Assembly (NCBI GenBank): GCA_905178155.1 | Contig: CAJINV010000001.1 | Span: forward strand, 12,445,832 to 12,509,831 | Reading direction: 5' to 3' | Length of the DNA stretch: 64,000 nucleotides | Source: Amoebophrya sp. A120 | Lineage: Eukaryota > Protista > Dinoflagellata | Shown: positions 21,649 through 33,800 of the stretch, one piece after another | Layout: every line of letters begins with the position of its first letter | How positions within the stretch are numbered: the stretch's first letter is position 1 | Made by a program: the position numbers and the translations under genes | Notes under the pieces: model-generated | What the model saw: only the letters and a program-made list of their open reading frames with translations | What the model was told of the DNA's origin: nothing | Databases searched by the model: none

Positions 21649-22475
21649 GTTGCAGAAGCAAAGTAGGTTGTGATAGTGTTTTGTAAAGTCAATAAATTGG
21701 AGTAAAAGCAAAAGACATGACGCTTTGTCAAGATTAAGAAGAACATGGACAGCTACACATGCTAAATGTGAGAGTAGCTTTTTTGTCTTGTTGCTTAGCG
21801 GAAGTTGTCAGGCTCCCGCACTAACAAATATGGTCCAAAAGTTACAGAGGGCCTCGAGGACTCACTGCACCCTCGCCGAAAACAAAACTCGTCAAACTTT
21901 TGCGAAAAGGAAAAAAGCCTTTCGCTTTCCTCGTTGACCTGATAAACCAATCCATTTATCCGGTCACGAGGACGACATGTGCGACAGTCTACGAAAATAA
22001 CGACAAAAGCTGCGACCGGTGCCATGAAACAGCATCTCTCAAACGATTTCGTCGTTGCAAGCAGATTTGGAGTCACTCAGGCAGTTTGTCTGACTACGAG
22101 CTCTCAAAACAAAAACAAGTTTTTCTTCGAGAACAGAACCAGAAGAAGTCATGATGCCGTGCTCAAAAATTAGCATCGCGGTCAATTTAGTTCACAGCTT
22201 TTTTCACAGCAAAGCGGTAGAGGTCCTTTTTTTCCTTTACTGGTCCCTCAGACAAGGTTTTTGTCTTTTTGCAAAACAAAACTAACCTCAGGTTTGTGCT
22301 TTTGTAGCATCGTAAAAATGTCAAAACCGCTCACTTCGACTTTCGTTCCGCTTCCTGTTCCACTCAAGTGCTGTGTTGTAGCCCGCCACTAAGAAAGGTC
22401 ACATGTCTTCCAGAAGTAGGTTCGGACACACGCCTCCGAACACCGAAACATCTCCCCGAGTTCAAAAAACCTCCT

Positions 22476-25400
22476 TCATGTGGGCAGCAGTTCATTCGGG
22501 ATCACCTGAATCCGGATTTCTAACTCGTCTTCGATATCCCGAATGGTCTGGTCTGCTTCGTCCAGATCTACAAACAACAGCGATATCAGCGTCGTGTTTG
22601 CGTTTGCATTCTCGCTGACGTTTGTTCCCCCCGTTTTGTTGTTCCCCCCATGCTTGTTGTTTGCCGCTGCCGCACTGCCAGTATTCTCCGTTTCGTTCAC
22701 CTGTAAGGCCATCAGCCGCAACCCGTATAAATGCGTTTCAAGCACGCCGAAGTGCACCACGCACCGCAGACCTTTGGGCACTTCGGCGCGGAGGATGATT
22801 GGATTTGACGGCGTGAGGTAGAAATCGCACCCGCCTGGTACGTTTCGCGCATCGAGCGTTGGGTGGATAGATAGCTCGTGACTGTGTCCGTGCATCAGGT
22901 CTTCGAGAAGGGACACTTCCTCGTGATAAACCTGTAAACAAATATACACGCTTTATTTCGCAGTCTTACTTTCCGAGACGGTGCATAGGCATACGATTAC
23001 GAGGACTCTTGCGTACACTTACATAAAGGAAAATGGCTGTTGCCACGTGCTCAAATAAGTACCTCTGAAAGTTGCTTTTTCAGGGCTGCTTTGTTGCCGC
23101 TTTCTGAGCTCCGTGGCGCGGGCTTGTTGTCACTCAGATCCTCCTTGCTATCTTCGCGGGACGTCGCAGCGGACTGCTGCTGCTGGGCTCGCGCGCGCTC
23201 GGCGGCCGAGAGCGGCTTTCGTATCCGCGGCTTCGCGGGCGGCGACGCCGTCTTTGGTATTGAAGGACTTGCTTGCGCTGCAGGTTTACTACTTGCTTCT
23301 CCGTCGTGCTTTCCCTTGCCATCGGGGGAAGCGGCAGACTCGGTCTTCTGGTCTGTCTTCACATCCGCACCGGAAGTTTTCGTAGTTGCCTTCCCCTCTA
23401 CTTCTCCCGGATCCGTCGTTTCTGCATCATCAGCTCGAGCATTTTCTCTCTCACTGCCTGTCTTCGCGTCTGCCGACTGGGAGTTCTTGTCTTCGAGCCT
23501 AGAACGCTTCAATGTTTCTTCTCCGGCCGATGTCTCGTCTGGACTGGTTGGGCCGGAGGCATTATATCCAAGAGAAAAACACCATCACAATCACATTTAG
23601 GAGGTTTTGCATCAGAAATTTGTCTCGCATGACAAAGTTTTCTTGTATTGCAAAAACACAAGGGGAAACGCTTATAGCTCTTTACTGTGATGCATTTTTG
23701 CGCATGACAAAATTTTTTGTATTGCAAAAATGTGCAAAAGTGATTGTGATGGTGTTTTTTTCTTGAATACATTACTCGTAGTTTTCATCGATTTTTTCTT
23801 TTCCGGCGAAACTACAACGACGTTCCCGCCCATCGAAAACTTCTTCTCTGTGACTCTGGACCGTTGCTTGATCAACTCTGCATTCGATTTGAAGCCCCGT
23901 TTAGAGGACGACGTGGAGTTGCTGGGTGTCGAGACGCCCGAGACACCCGATTCCTTACTGGACAGCCGCCCCTCGGATGTCGTTTTACCAATCTTCGTCG
24001 TTCCGCCGGTTGTTTGCTCGTCACTCGGCGATCCACCCGGAAGAAGAGATTCCGACAGAAGACCCACGGTAGTCGCGGAGCCCGCGATATTCGGCACTAC
24101 TCCACCGCCGAGGTTGTTGGTCCCAAGCGTTCCCAGTTGCGTCGATGCGGTTGCTGCTGCTCCGCCCGTTCCCTGCGCCGCAGCGGCTTGCGCGTTGTGG
24201 TCAAAAAATATCACGCCCATGGGCAGCGACAGCGTCTTATGCAGGTCCGCCAGCAGTTTCGCCCACCGCTTGCGGCGCGCAACCACGGCGTAGTGCTTCA
24301 CGTGGCGGCGCGCGCGCGCCCGGATCTGGTCCTTCCGCAGGCCGAACAGGTTCTGGCCCTTGATTAACGAGTTCCGCAGCGACCGCAGCATCGTGCTGTG
24401 CTGCTTCTGTCCCTTGTTAGTCAATGTGGTCAACATCTTGGACGTGGTCCCTGTAGTCCCCGCAGCGCCGCCAGTCGTGTTATTTTCCTTCTTGTTCATC
24501 TCCGCGTTGTTCCAGAACCCCGCGCCAAACTCTCCGCCCGTGCCGTTGGCGCCAAAATCGCTCGCGTTCAGCGCGCTTTGCGCGCCAAAGTGATTGCTCA
24601 GGATGTACCCGCTGAGAATTATGAACCGCAGCTTTTTCCGGCTGAAGAACTTGCAGATCTGCAGAATTTCGCACACGTCGTCCATGCAGTTGTTCTGAAT
24701 GAGCTTCTCCGCGTCGTCCAAGACAAACACCTCCAGCTCCCGCAAATCCACACCGTTCCCGCTACTCGGCCGCAGGTTGCTGCTGCGGTTCAGGTTGGTG
24801 CGCAGCAAGGACAAGACCGTCCGCGGGTAGCCGTACAGCACGCGCGGGTAGTAGGGGCCGGACCGGTCGCTGAACTTCGCACTGTGGTCGTTCGGGCCGC
24901 CGTCGATGAAGCTGATCGTCGTCTGGTCCTTGCCAAAAGTGAAATCCGCGATTTTCCGGCACATCTCCATGCTGTCGTGCACGAGCACCATCGTGTTCAA
25001 CGCCCCATGCCCCGACAAGTATTCCATCAGGTGGTCCGACTCGTCACGGGAAACTGACCCGAGGCCTTTGCTGCCACTTAACATCCCCACGGAGGCAGTG
25101 GCAGAATTTGTACTACTCCCGACCGTCGCGCTGCTCCGGCTTCTCGCTGTGATCCTCGGCCGTGGTGACGAAAAATTGGAAGCAGAAGAAGTCGTGCTTG
25201 GCGCCGCGGGTGCGTTACTCTGCTGCTGCTGCGACTGCGCACCGCCGGGCTCGACTACTCCTCCAACAGACCCCACACCCGAATCATCAGGGGGAGAAAA
25301 CGAGAACAGCGCTAAGTCCGGAAACGCGTAGACCGCGAGCAAGCTGATCAGCAGACTGCTGGTCTTCCCCGAGTCCGGAGGGCCTTGGATCATGACGAAC

Positions 25401-27029
25401 CGTTTTTTCCGCATTTTCAAACTTTCCGTGATCACCGGCACGATGTACTTCTGCAGCTCCAACGGCAGGTCGATACCGTACCGACGCAGAATCGCGGCGA
25501 GCGACTTGCTCAGCGACTGAAAGTCGTTCAGACACACCGCCTTCGCGGCGCCGTTGCTCTTGTCCGACCGCGTTCGGCTGGCGACCAGGTGGCTGTCCCG
25601 CTTGTTCGAGTTGTCCTCGAAGCACTCAATTTCCAAGTCGTTGTAGTCGAACACCGCACACTGGCTGTCTATCGCGAGAAAAAACTGTTTCACTGTGAAC
25701 TTGTGATGCATAGAACGGAACGCAAATGTGTTTGTCTTGCTACACATGCAAGACATTGGATTTTTAACTGTGTTTTCCCTTAGGAAGCACGCATGCCAAG
25801 TTTTCTTTGTCATGTGTAACAAACTTGTGATGCAAAACTTGCAAAATCATCACAGTGAAACAGTTTTTTCGTGGGATACTGTCCCGCGCGACGCTACTGT
25901 CATCCAGCGAGGAGAAAATCGAGGAACTCTTTCCGTCGCGGGAAGACGGCGTGGCGCACGACTCGGTGTGCGAGTTTTCGCGCTCCCGGATGGTGGGCAG
26001 GAAAGAATCGTCCTGGCTCCCGTTGCGCAAACGCGCCTTCACACTCATCCGCTGCTTGTACAGGTGCTTGTTGTTCTTCAGGCTGGACGAAATTTGGATA
26101 TCATATGCGCTGGTGTGCACCACTGGTCAGAATGATCGCATAGAAACGTAAGCACAAAAACATCTTCATCTCGTCTGTTCTATTCTGTTGCACTACAATC
26201 TTCATCATCACACCAAAGCTATTTCCTGCAGTACAATCTACCCAAGAGTGTTGCTCGGGGCGGATGCCGCAGACGAGGCGCTGCTGGGCTGCTGCCCCGG
26301 CTGTGTCCCCGCCGGCGCTCCTGGCGAGGAGCCGTCCGAATTGGGGGACTTCTGCAACGCGGCAAACGGCTGCCGCTGGGACGGGGAACGGTGCGAGGGA
26401 CTGGAGGCGGATGCAGCGGTCTCTTTCGACACGACGGCAGCAGAGGTGCTGATGCTGAGAACTTTTCCGCGCAGCCCGGGTTTTTCGTCCGGGTCGAACA
26501 TCTCCACCGCTTTCTCGATGCTCTCCTTTCGAGACTTCAGAACTGGAACTGAATGAAGCGCAGGCACGACGGAGAGTGGCTTGCCGATCTGTAGTTGTCA
26601 GGAGCATGCTTTATTTGGCGCCAAGTGTCCTGGATAAGAGACGAGGATGACACCTATTTAAGCTCGACACGAAACAAAAATGGCATGCATTTCCTTCCTA
26701 AGAGGCGCTAAAAACCACGTTAGTACCGCGATCTGCTGGCGGTTGAGTTTCTGACTCATGCCAAGGTAGTTGGTGCCCACCAAGTTCGTCGCCATCTGTT
26801 TCTCCCTTCGCGGGCCTCCGCGGCTCGGCGGCGAGCTCGGGGAGGACGGAGACGCGGTCTGGTGATCATCCAGCAGTCTTGGCATCACGCCGTCGCTCGA
26901 CGCGCCGCGGACGGGGGGCAGCGGGCCCTGCTTGGGGCTCGTTGCGCTGGTCGTGGCTCCATGTTGTTGGGAGGGCGAGGCGGGCTTGGGCCGGGCGGCA
27001 CCGCTCGACGGTGAAGAAGGAGACGCCAT
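22476..27029 (-). CDS. Divergent DEAD-box/eIF4A-like protein, multi-exon, containing IE6 and IE7
   Basis: Q-like motif YGIDLPLELQ, Walker A GPPDSGKT, motif II FVLDDAE, linker VKHYAV, motif IV GVIFF and an eIF4A-like C-terminus IRDIEDELEIRIQVIP. Junctions: VARDS/QCAVF (IE7), KTTSN/ASGPT (IE6) and GT-AG intron 22932-23062. The 5' exons (26.2-27.0 kb) are tentative. Confidence 0.68.
23565..23769. mobile_element. Introner-like element IE6 (TIR family B), 205 bp
   Basis: Ends TATCCAAGAGAAAAACACCATCACAATCAC and GTGATTGTGATGGTG(T)nCTTGAATA. TSD CATTA at 23560-23564 and 23770-23774. Contains an in-frame stop; removal restores the ORF. Confidence 0.93.
25670..25878. mobile_element. Introner-like element IE7 (TIR family C), 209 bp
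   Basis: Ends TATCGCGAGAAAAAACTGTTTCACTGTGA and TCACAGTGAAACAGTTTTTTCGTGGGATA. TSD CTGTC at 25665-25669 and 25879-25883. Removal restores the frame. Confidence 0.93.
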
Positions 27030-27444
27030 CTTTGGACACAAAATTGCAAAAGCAAATCACAAACAACGCGCACGAGAAATACACCGCATAGCCCACAATC
27101 TTTCTATATGGTGTGCTGACATTCTCCAGTCACTCGGGCTCTAACGTGTTGCTCTCTACACTTCCTGTAGAAACCTCTCAACTAAAGTCAATGCCGGACA
27201 CTCGACAGGCGGTACGGATGTCCTCCGAGTTATTTCCGTACGTAGCTACGACGCCTGTAACCAAGAAGGTTGAACAAACACCGGAAATCGCTATGGTGCG
27301 ACTGTAGAAAGAAGAGCCTCCGTTGCTTTTTCATCGTGATATTCGTAGAGCTTTGCAAAGTACTTGCGCATGAAATCGAAGTTCACAGTACATGGATATT
27401 ACAGGTTGTCGCGATTCCTACACATCTGTGCCGGGCTATTCCAT

Positions 27445-28586
27445 TCACTTTTTCTTCTTTTTCTTCCACGCGCCTTTGCCCGCGTTCTTCTTCTTCGCAC
27501 CGTTTTTCTTCACGATACTGCCCTCCTGGCCCCAGGCACCTACTTCGTTAAATCGCTTTCGCGTAAATTCTTGCACCCGCTGGTCCTTTAGCGTCTCTTG
27601 CATGAAGGAAACGCCCTGAATTTCATTTGGATCATATCAGATTCGTGATTGCCACTTCATTTGCATGCGCATTGTAGTTAAGGATTCCGGTGCATTCTCA
27701 TGTCCATCGTACGTGAAACTTCACACACACTATTCATAAAAAGGACAACCCTTCAACGAATTCACGAAATCAAGTGTACCTTGGTCTTCTTTTTCTTGTC
27801 GCTGACGTAGGTCGGTCGTCCATCCCCGTGCACTGGCGCCAGGCCCTGGCTGCCTCCCACCTCCACTCCCAAATGGAAGTGTGTCGGCAGTTCCTTGGAG
27901 TCGTTCCCTCGGTAGAACCTTGTTGGATCCGCGTAGGCGCGCATTTGCAGGAACTTCAGTTCCCGCTCGAGCTCCGGGGTCAACTCCTGTTTCGGCAAGC
28001 CGTTTCGGGTCTGTCCGCGCAGCTCCTGGCTCAGCTTTTTCTGCTGCTTCACAAACTTCCCGGTGCCAAGCACCGGAGCGATTTTCCCAACGGTCGGCCG
28101 TTTCGAAGAGCTGGACGAAGTGGAGTTATTAGATGAACCAAATCTCCCCAAAACCTTAGCCAAAATGCCGTCGTCGCGTACACGGTCAATTTTCGCAAGC
28201 GGAAGAACTTCTCCTTGGTCATCTTCCGCATGATCGGGAGCTACTTCAGACGCATTTTGTTCATCATCATCTTCATCCTCGCTGAGTGCAACACCTTTGC
28301 GTGTTAATCTCTCCGCTTGCTTCCGCTTCTTCTTAATACCCGCCTGCTTCAGGTCGAGTTCTACGGGCTCAAGGGTCGAAACCCCCGCCGCCGCCCCGAC
28401 ATCCAGTTTTGACTTCTGCTGGAAGTACAAGCTCAGCGGACCCACGTCGATATCCCAGTCCAGTGGGTCGTTCGAGCGGACGCGCGTGTGATCCGCCTCG
28501 CCTTCGTTGTCGCTGTTATTCCCGACGCTGGTCGTGTCGCCGACCGCGCCGAAAAGGTCGCCCAGATCGAGATTCACCTCCGACAT
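27445..28586 (-). CDS. FCF2: Fcf2/DNTTIP2 pre-rRNA processing protein, two exons
   Basis: LPKQELTPELERELKFLQMRAYADPTRFYR..LPTHFHLG is an Fcf2-domain pattern. GT-AG intron 27616-27779 leads to GVSFMQETLKD..FTRKRFNEV and a Lys-rich tail. Confidence 0.85.
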
Positions 28587-29199
28587 TATGGTGAGGCAGT
28601 GAGGTTCGCTAGAAGTAGCGAGGTTTGGGTTCGATGTAAAAGTCTCTCAAATCGCCATAGGTAGATGTTGCACGTACAAGGGTTTTAAGGATGCTGCTGA
28701 CGCTACGGTTCTTATCTTGACTTGAAGAGTTGGTCAGTGCCGAACTACCTCTGAGAGAAGAATAGTTTGAGCATATCATCGAGTCCGCGCGCCTCCGCAA
28801 AATTTCACGACATAAAGATCCACCTCTTGACAGGACTATTTCGGCCGAGTTCTCGACATTTTTCTGATCCAAGAACCCGGACTTTCGGGGTTGCCTCGTG
28901 GGATCGCTGTATCTTTGCGTTTGATCCTTCAGAATACAGATCGCATTACGTGTGGAGGAAAATTTGAAGACCTCAGAACGATCATGTTTGCGATCGATTG
29001 ATTCGAAGAGGCGGCAACTGGATCTGAATCTTCGCAACAACCAAACTTCATCAAGCATCGGCTTGTGGGTGAGCCTAGCTATATGTGGCACAGCAAGCGG
29101 CCTGGTCGTATATTTTTCTTCAGAAGTGGCTAGTAGATACAGGTTTATTACAAAATGAATCCAGCACGCCTAAGAAAAGACGCGCTTTATTTTGACAGA

Positions 29200-31066
29200 G
29201 GCACAGTATCCTGAATTTATCCCAGTGAAAAAACAATAGGTCTAATGGCGACACAAACGGGCCCAGGCCTGATCATGGTACGAACAGCGGGACAAGCGTC
29301 GTGACGGCACAGACTATGAGAGGAATCCAGATCATGTGACCCCCCCCTTGATCCGCTCTGAAGGGTAGGGCAGTGCAGGCCAAAGGGGCCGGCGAGGCTC
29401 CGTAATGGGGAGGAACTGCAAAGCAAGGCGGGTGATCTATACACAGAACCTAGCCCAAAACGGTGTAACCCGCCCCGACTTTTTGACCGCCAGGTCGGTT
29501 GGGTACGGGTAGGCAGGAAGACTGACAGCATGACAAAGAGGCAGATAGATCCGGATCCTGTTGGTTCATCCAGATCTATCAAAGATGCATACGCAAGCCG
29601 AAGCGAATTGCGGAAGCAGTTCGCAGGGCTCTCCCGGGTGGAAGTCATATCTATCCGCTTCAAAGGGGGCAATTCGCTTCTAAGCTTATGACAAAAGAGA
29701 GCAGCTCCCGGGCGGGAGGGAAATCCAGAGCGGCCAACATCCCGCGCGCGTGTGCATGTCATGCAACGCAATTGATTTTCCGAAACCAGCTCAAAACAAA
29801 ACGCAGACACAATCTGGGAAGGACAGACCATACACGGTCGGAAAACAAGCGTCCAGATGGCATACAATTTGTGCTGTTGCTCCCGCGACTACCAAAAAAG
29901 AAAGTTCAGGGGAAAGGGTAGGACACACATGCAAGAAGGTAGTCGCCTACGAGAGACGGGTAGGGCATCTGGCCAGACGCAAACACGAGCCAGGTAGCTC
30001 GCAACTGACGCGAGTATCATCCATGTACACGAAACACAGACGCACGCGGCAAAATATATGCCCAGGCGGATACGTCAGCCCATGCATGCCTTGAGCTAAA
30101 CAAGCAACATCGCCATGCATCGACGAGAGATTCCGGAAAATCAAGAGCCGCCACTCTCTAAGAAGTTGCAGGAGATGCACAGCGCATATTCTGGAAGGCA
30201 GTATGCAAGACAGGGAACGAGGGTGGGGAGGGTGCCGGAGGGCTACTCCATGGGCAGGGGCCAGACACGGACACAACACCTGGCAAGGCTGAATAGACTG
30301 GGCAAGGTCCGTAGGGTACTTCCAAAGGACGGGAGGGATGAAAGGGCTAGCGCTATACATCAGATCCAGCACTCTAATACCGAAAAAACATCCTGCGGCC
30401 AGCCGTTCGCTACGGCGTCGCAATGTGGTCAAACCTGCGCCACTGTCGTACTGACGCTGAATGCCGAACATGCAAGCCGTTGTGCTTTCGAGCAGGCAGA
30501 ACGCATCGAACATGGGGGATAAGGCTTGATCTGACGGCCCAATCTATTCGTGATTCAAATTCAATGTGAAACATGCATGATGTTTGAATCACAAAGCAAG
30601 GGGGTAGGGAAAAGGGGGGGGAGGGTACGGGTTTAGGCGGGGGCGGGAAGTCATGACAAAATATACAAAAGGCCACAGCTGGGGTTCGGGTACAGCGGGA
30701 TGCCAGCTGCTGCTCTTTGACAAAAGAAAACCATAACTATCCGTTTTGGGTGTGCTCATGCAAAGTCATGTAGCGCTTCCTAAAATGCAAAGAGGTGGAC
30801 ACTTTGACTCGAAACAAGTTGTCCGATGCACTACGAGCACTCTAGCTAAGATCCTCTATCCCTTCTGCATGCAAAGTCTTTATAGTAGTGGCAAACTAGT
30901 ACAAACTAAAACAAGGGATGAGGCAAGTTGCAAACTGGGCTGTTCGCAAAATATCCTAGAAGGGGGCGACCTCTGTAAACGGAGAAAAACAGAGCCTTCT
31001 AGTGGACCTTGGTTACCCGGCATCTCCCCCGGGGGCACAGTATCCTGAATTTATCCCAGTGAAAAA
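29200..31066. mobile_element. 1.87-kb ORF-less insertion bounded by 33-bp perfect direct repeats
   Basis: GGCACAGTATCCTGAATTTATCCCAGTGAAAAA at 29200-29232 and 31034-31066. The interior is purine- and G-run-rich, unlike the flanks. Confidence 0.65.
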
Positions 31067-31378
31067 CCTAAGCAGACAACTTTGTATCGCTATTGTAAAT
31101 TGTGTTTGAACGTGGCACGACTCATTAGCACAGTTAACATTAAAAATCGCAGTCAAATTGCAAACGTGTCAGCTTGAACGTAAAAATTGAAATTCTGAGT
31201 ACTTGCTGTAAGATAGAGCTTGACAAGATTCAAATGCAATGGATCCGATCGCTTCGCAGATGTCGCATCACATATTCTGTTTCTGAACTCCTTCCTCCAT
31301 TGTCCGATTGCTCGTGTGAAAATCAAGCTTTCACTTCGCCACCGTCTTTCACGACGACCTGAACCTTCCGAGTTGCCG

Positions 31379-31681
31379 CTACACCGCCTGATCCGCATTG
31401 GGATCCTGAATCACGATGAGCAGATACTCCTTGTCGGGCGCCACCATGATTTCGTGTTTCTTGCTGCGGATGCGGAGAAAGGTCAAGTCATTCATCGGAT
31501 CCAAATCGCGCACCACAGAACGGGCTTTCGCAGTCAACTGCGAGATCAGACTCGAGTACTGCAGCGTGAACTTCAAATCCAAGGTGGACCGGATCGGCAC
31601 GCCCTCGGCGTTCACGATCACGATCCCCTGCACGCCCTTGTGCGTCTTGATGCGGTTCAGCGTCTCCTCGACTTCAGACAT
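31379..31681 (-). CDS. DYNLRB: Dynein light chain roadblock type (LC7)
   Basis: [33 protein letters not shown]...[36 protein letters not shown] is a near-canonical roadblock sequence. Confidence 0.98.
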   Translation of the reverse strand: MSEVEETLNRIKTHKGVQGIVIVNAEGVPIRSTLDLKFTLQYSSLISQLTAKARSVVRDLDPMNDLTFLRIRSKKHEIMVAPDKEYLLIVIQDPNADQAV

Positions 31682-33800
31682 CTTGCTTAGTTATTTTGTG
31701 TGGTCCGAGCCTTATTTCTTTCCGACTGGAGTCCACTAGGAAGAAAAGAAGAAAACCGCTACTCACGATTTTCCACCCTAACGTTGGTTGTAGATTTGTT
31801 TTGAATGAAGTCGAAACTCACGCAACGATAACGCTATTTTCTTGGTGCTCCGGGAAGGCGGGGGGGGTAATGACAACGGTGGGGGCGAAACGGCTACGAC
31901 CCAAAGATGATAGGAGAAGTCACTTCTTTGCTATTGTCAGAGTCGTCCAATGATCACGTAGTCAATTTCAAACCTCAGGTTTCTACGGTAGATGAATCAT
32001 GCCTGTGATTTGCTACACACAGCACTTGTACACAACGGAATGCACTACCCTCGCTTAAACAATTCAATCAGACAACATACAACTCTCTCTCGACGACGAA
32101 AGAACAACAGCAATTTTAAAAGCGTTCAAAACAGCCATCCAGCGCAATGTCTTTGAATCTTTGCGATAGTAGTTTTCAGCTTTCTTTTCGTTCTTTTTGT
32201 TTTTTTGATTGTCGCGTAAGAACTTCTTCAACGTGCAAATGTCGTAATAACACCGCCAATCCTGCTTTGATGATGAAATGCGCGAGATGCAAAGCGTTAG
32301 GTACTACAAATTCGCTGATTTGTTCTGTGGGTCGGAGTAAGTGGGCGACGGAAACAAGGAGCTCACTATCGCTTGCCTCTGCAGTACGGCAAGATGCTCC
32401 CGCTGGCCCGCTATAAAAGTGGGATTGTAATCCACATTTCTTCTCCAGTCTTCGCGTGCCTGTAGTGAGAGAAAAGCTTTAGGTGGATAGAAGCGTTGTG
32501 ATGGATCGAATCTGTCATGCAAGACATCGATGGATCCTACGAGACATCAACCATGCTGAGATTCGAAAACAACAAAGCCACAGTCACAAAAAATGAATGG
32601 TACCCTTCTGAGGAAGTAGCTGCGGAAATTGTAATCCTGGAACTTGTGTGCGGCCCGCAGGATGGACCGATAGAGCACGATGTTTTGCCGCATGATGTTT
32701 CTGCGGGAAAACGCGAGCTTCTACTTGCGGACGGTGACCAAAACCAAATGCTACCTCAGTGCGCTGGACATGAAGTTGAGTGTCTTTTTGTCCCCCTCGC
32801 AAAGAGAGGATAGGGACGGCAGTGTGTAGAGTAGCAGTGAGTAGAGTAGCCTTGGCGTGACTGAAAAGCAAGCTACAAAAACTTCTATTCTGTTGATTGT
32901 AACAATCGCTATAGTCGTCTGCGATACCGGTCAAAAACGCTACACAAAATACTTTAAGTTCAAACAGAGAAACAAGGGTCTCGTTTTTTCAGCGTCTTCT
33001 TCGTGTCCTGGAATTGGAAACAAACCGTTGTAGATCAAAAAACAACAAGATCATCAGTGCATAATTGATCCTTCGAAAATAGCGGCGTGCTTACCATAAG
33101 TGCTAGCTCTGTCGCTAGTGCTAGTGCAAAAAGCGCTCTATTATTTTTCTTTCGTAGGAACTACTCGCGCCGACGGTATGCGATGATCCATGTGTGACCG
33201 AAAAGTTTTCCCTTTTCGTCCGCGATCTCATGAGCGGAAGGTACAAAACGGATCCTCAGATTCGTGGCCGTAGGCGTAGCAGAACACCAGTTCATTCTTG
33301 TCTTCGCAGCTGATTTCTGTGCTCGTGAGTGACACGCGCTCTTCTTTGCAATCAAAACCATTTGGCGAGCGTTTCACTTGTAAATCTCGTGAGCAGAATG
33401 ATCTTCCATGTGCAAGCATACGCGTTCTGTATTCTTCACTTTTGTCTCTCTTTTTCGGACTGGGGAAGAAAAAAAAACGAAGATACTCGCTAGACAAAGA
33501 TTGCGAGACTCAAGAAAAACGCAGCGTTGCTCAGTCTTGTGCAAGATGAAGAAAGACAAACAGCTACTTTGATCTAGCAGATTAAAAAAATCCGAAAAGC
33601 CTGCAATACCGGGGGTAAATGTTCACGAACGAAGACAGATAAAGAAGGTCACAGCATGGGGATACCGTGGATCGGCTTGATTTTGATACTACTTGCTGCA
33701 TGAAAATCAACTGGAAATAGAGGAAAAAAAGTAAAAAAGGGGAGGCAAGTTTCCAGATCCGATGCAAAATCAAACTTGTAACGCAAAAATGAAAAACAGA

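Noticed and set aside
28154-28168. SL-like CTTAGCCAAAATGCC
   Set aside because: A partial match inside Fcf2 coding sequence (GILAK); most likely chance.
31700-33800. Short ORFs in the 2.1-kb gap between the roadblock and PKD2-like genes
   Set aside because: No recognisable motif or coding-like composition; a small multi-exon gene cannot be excluded.
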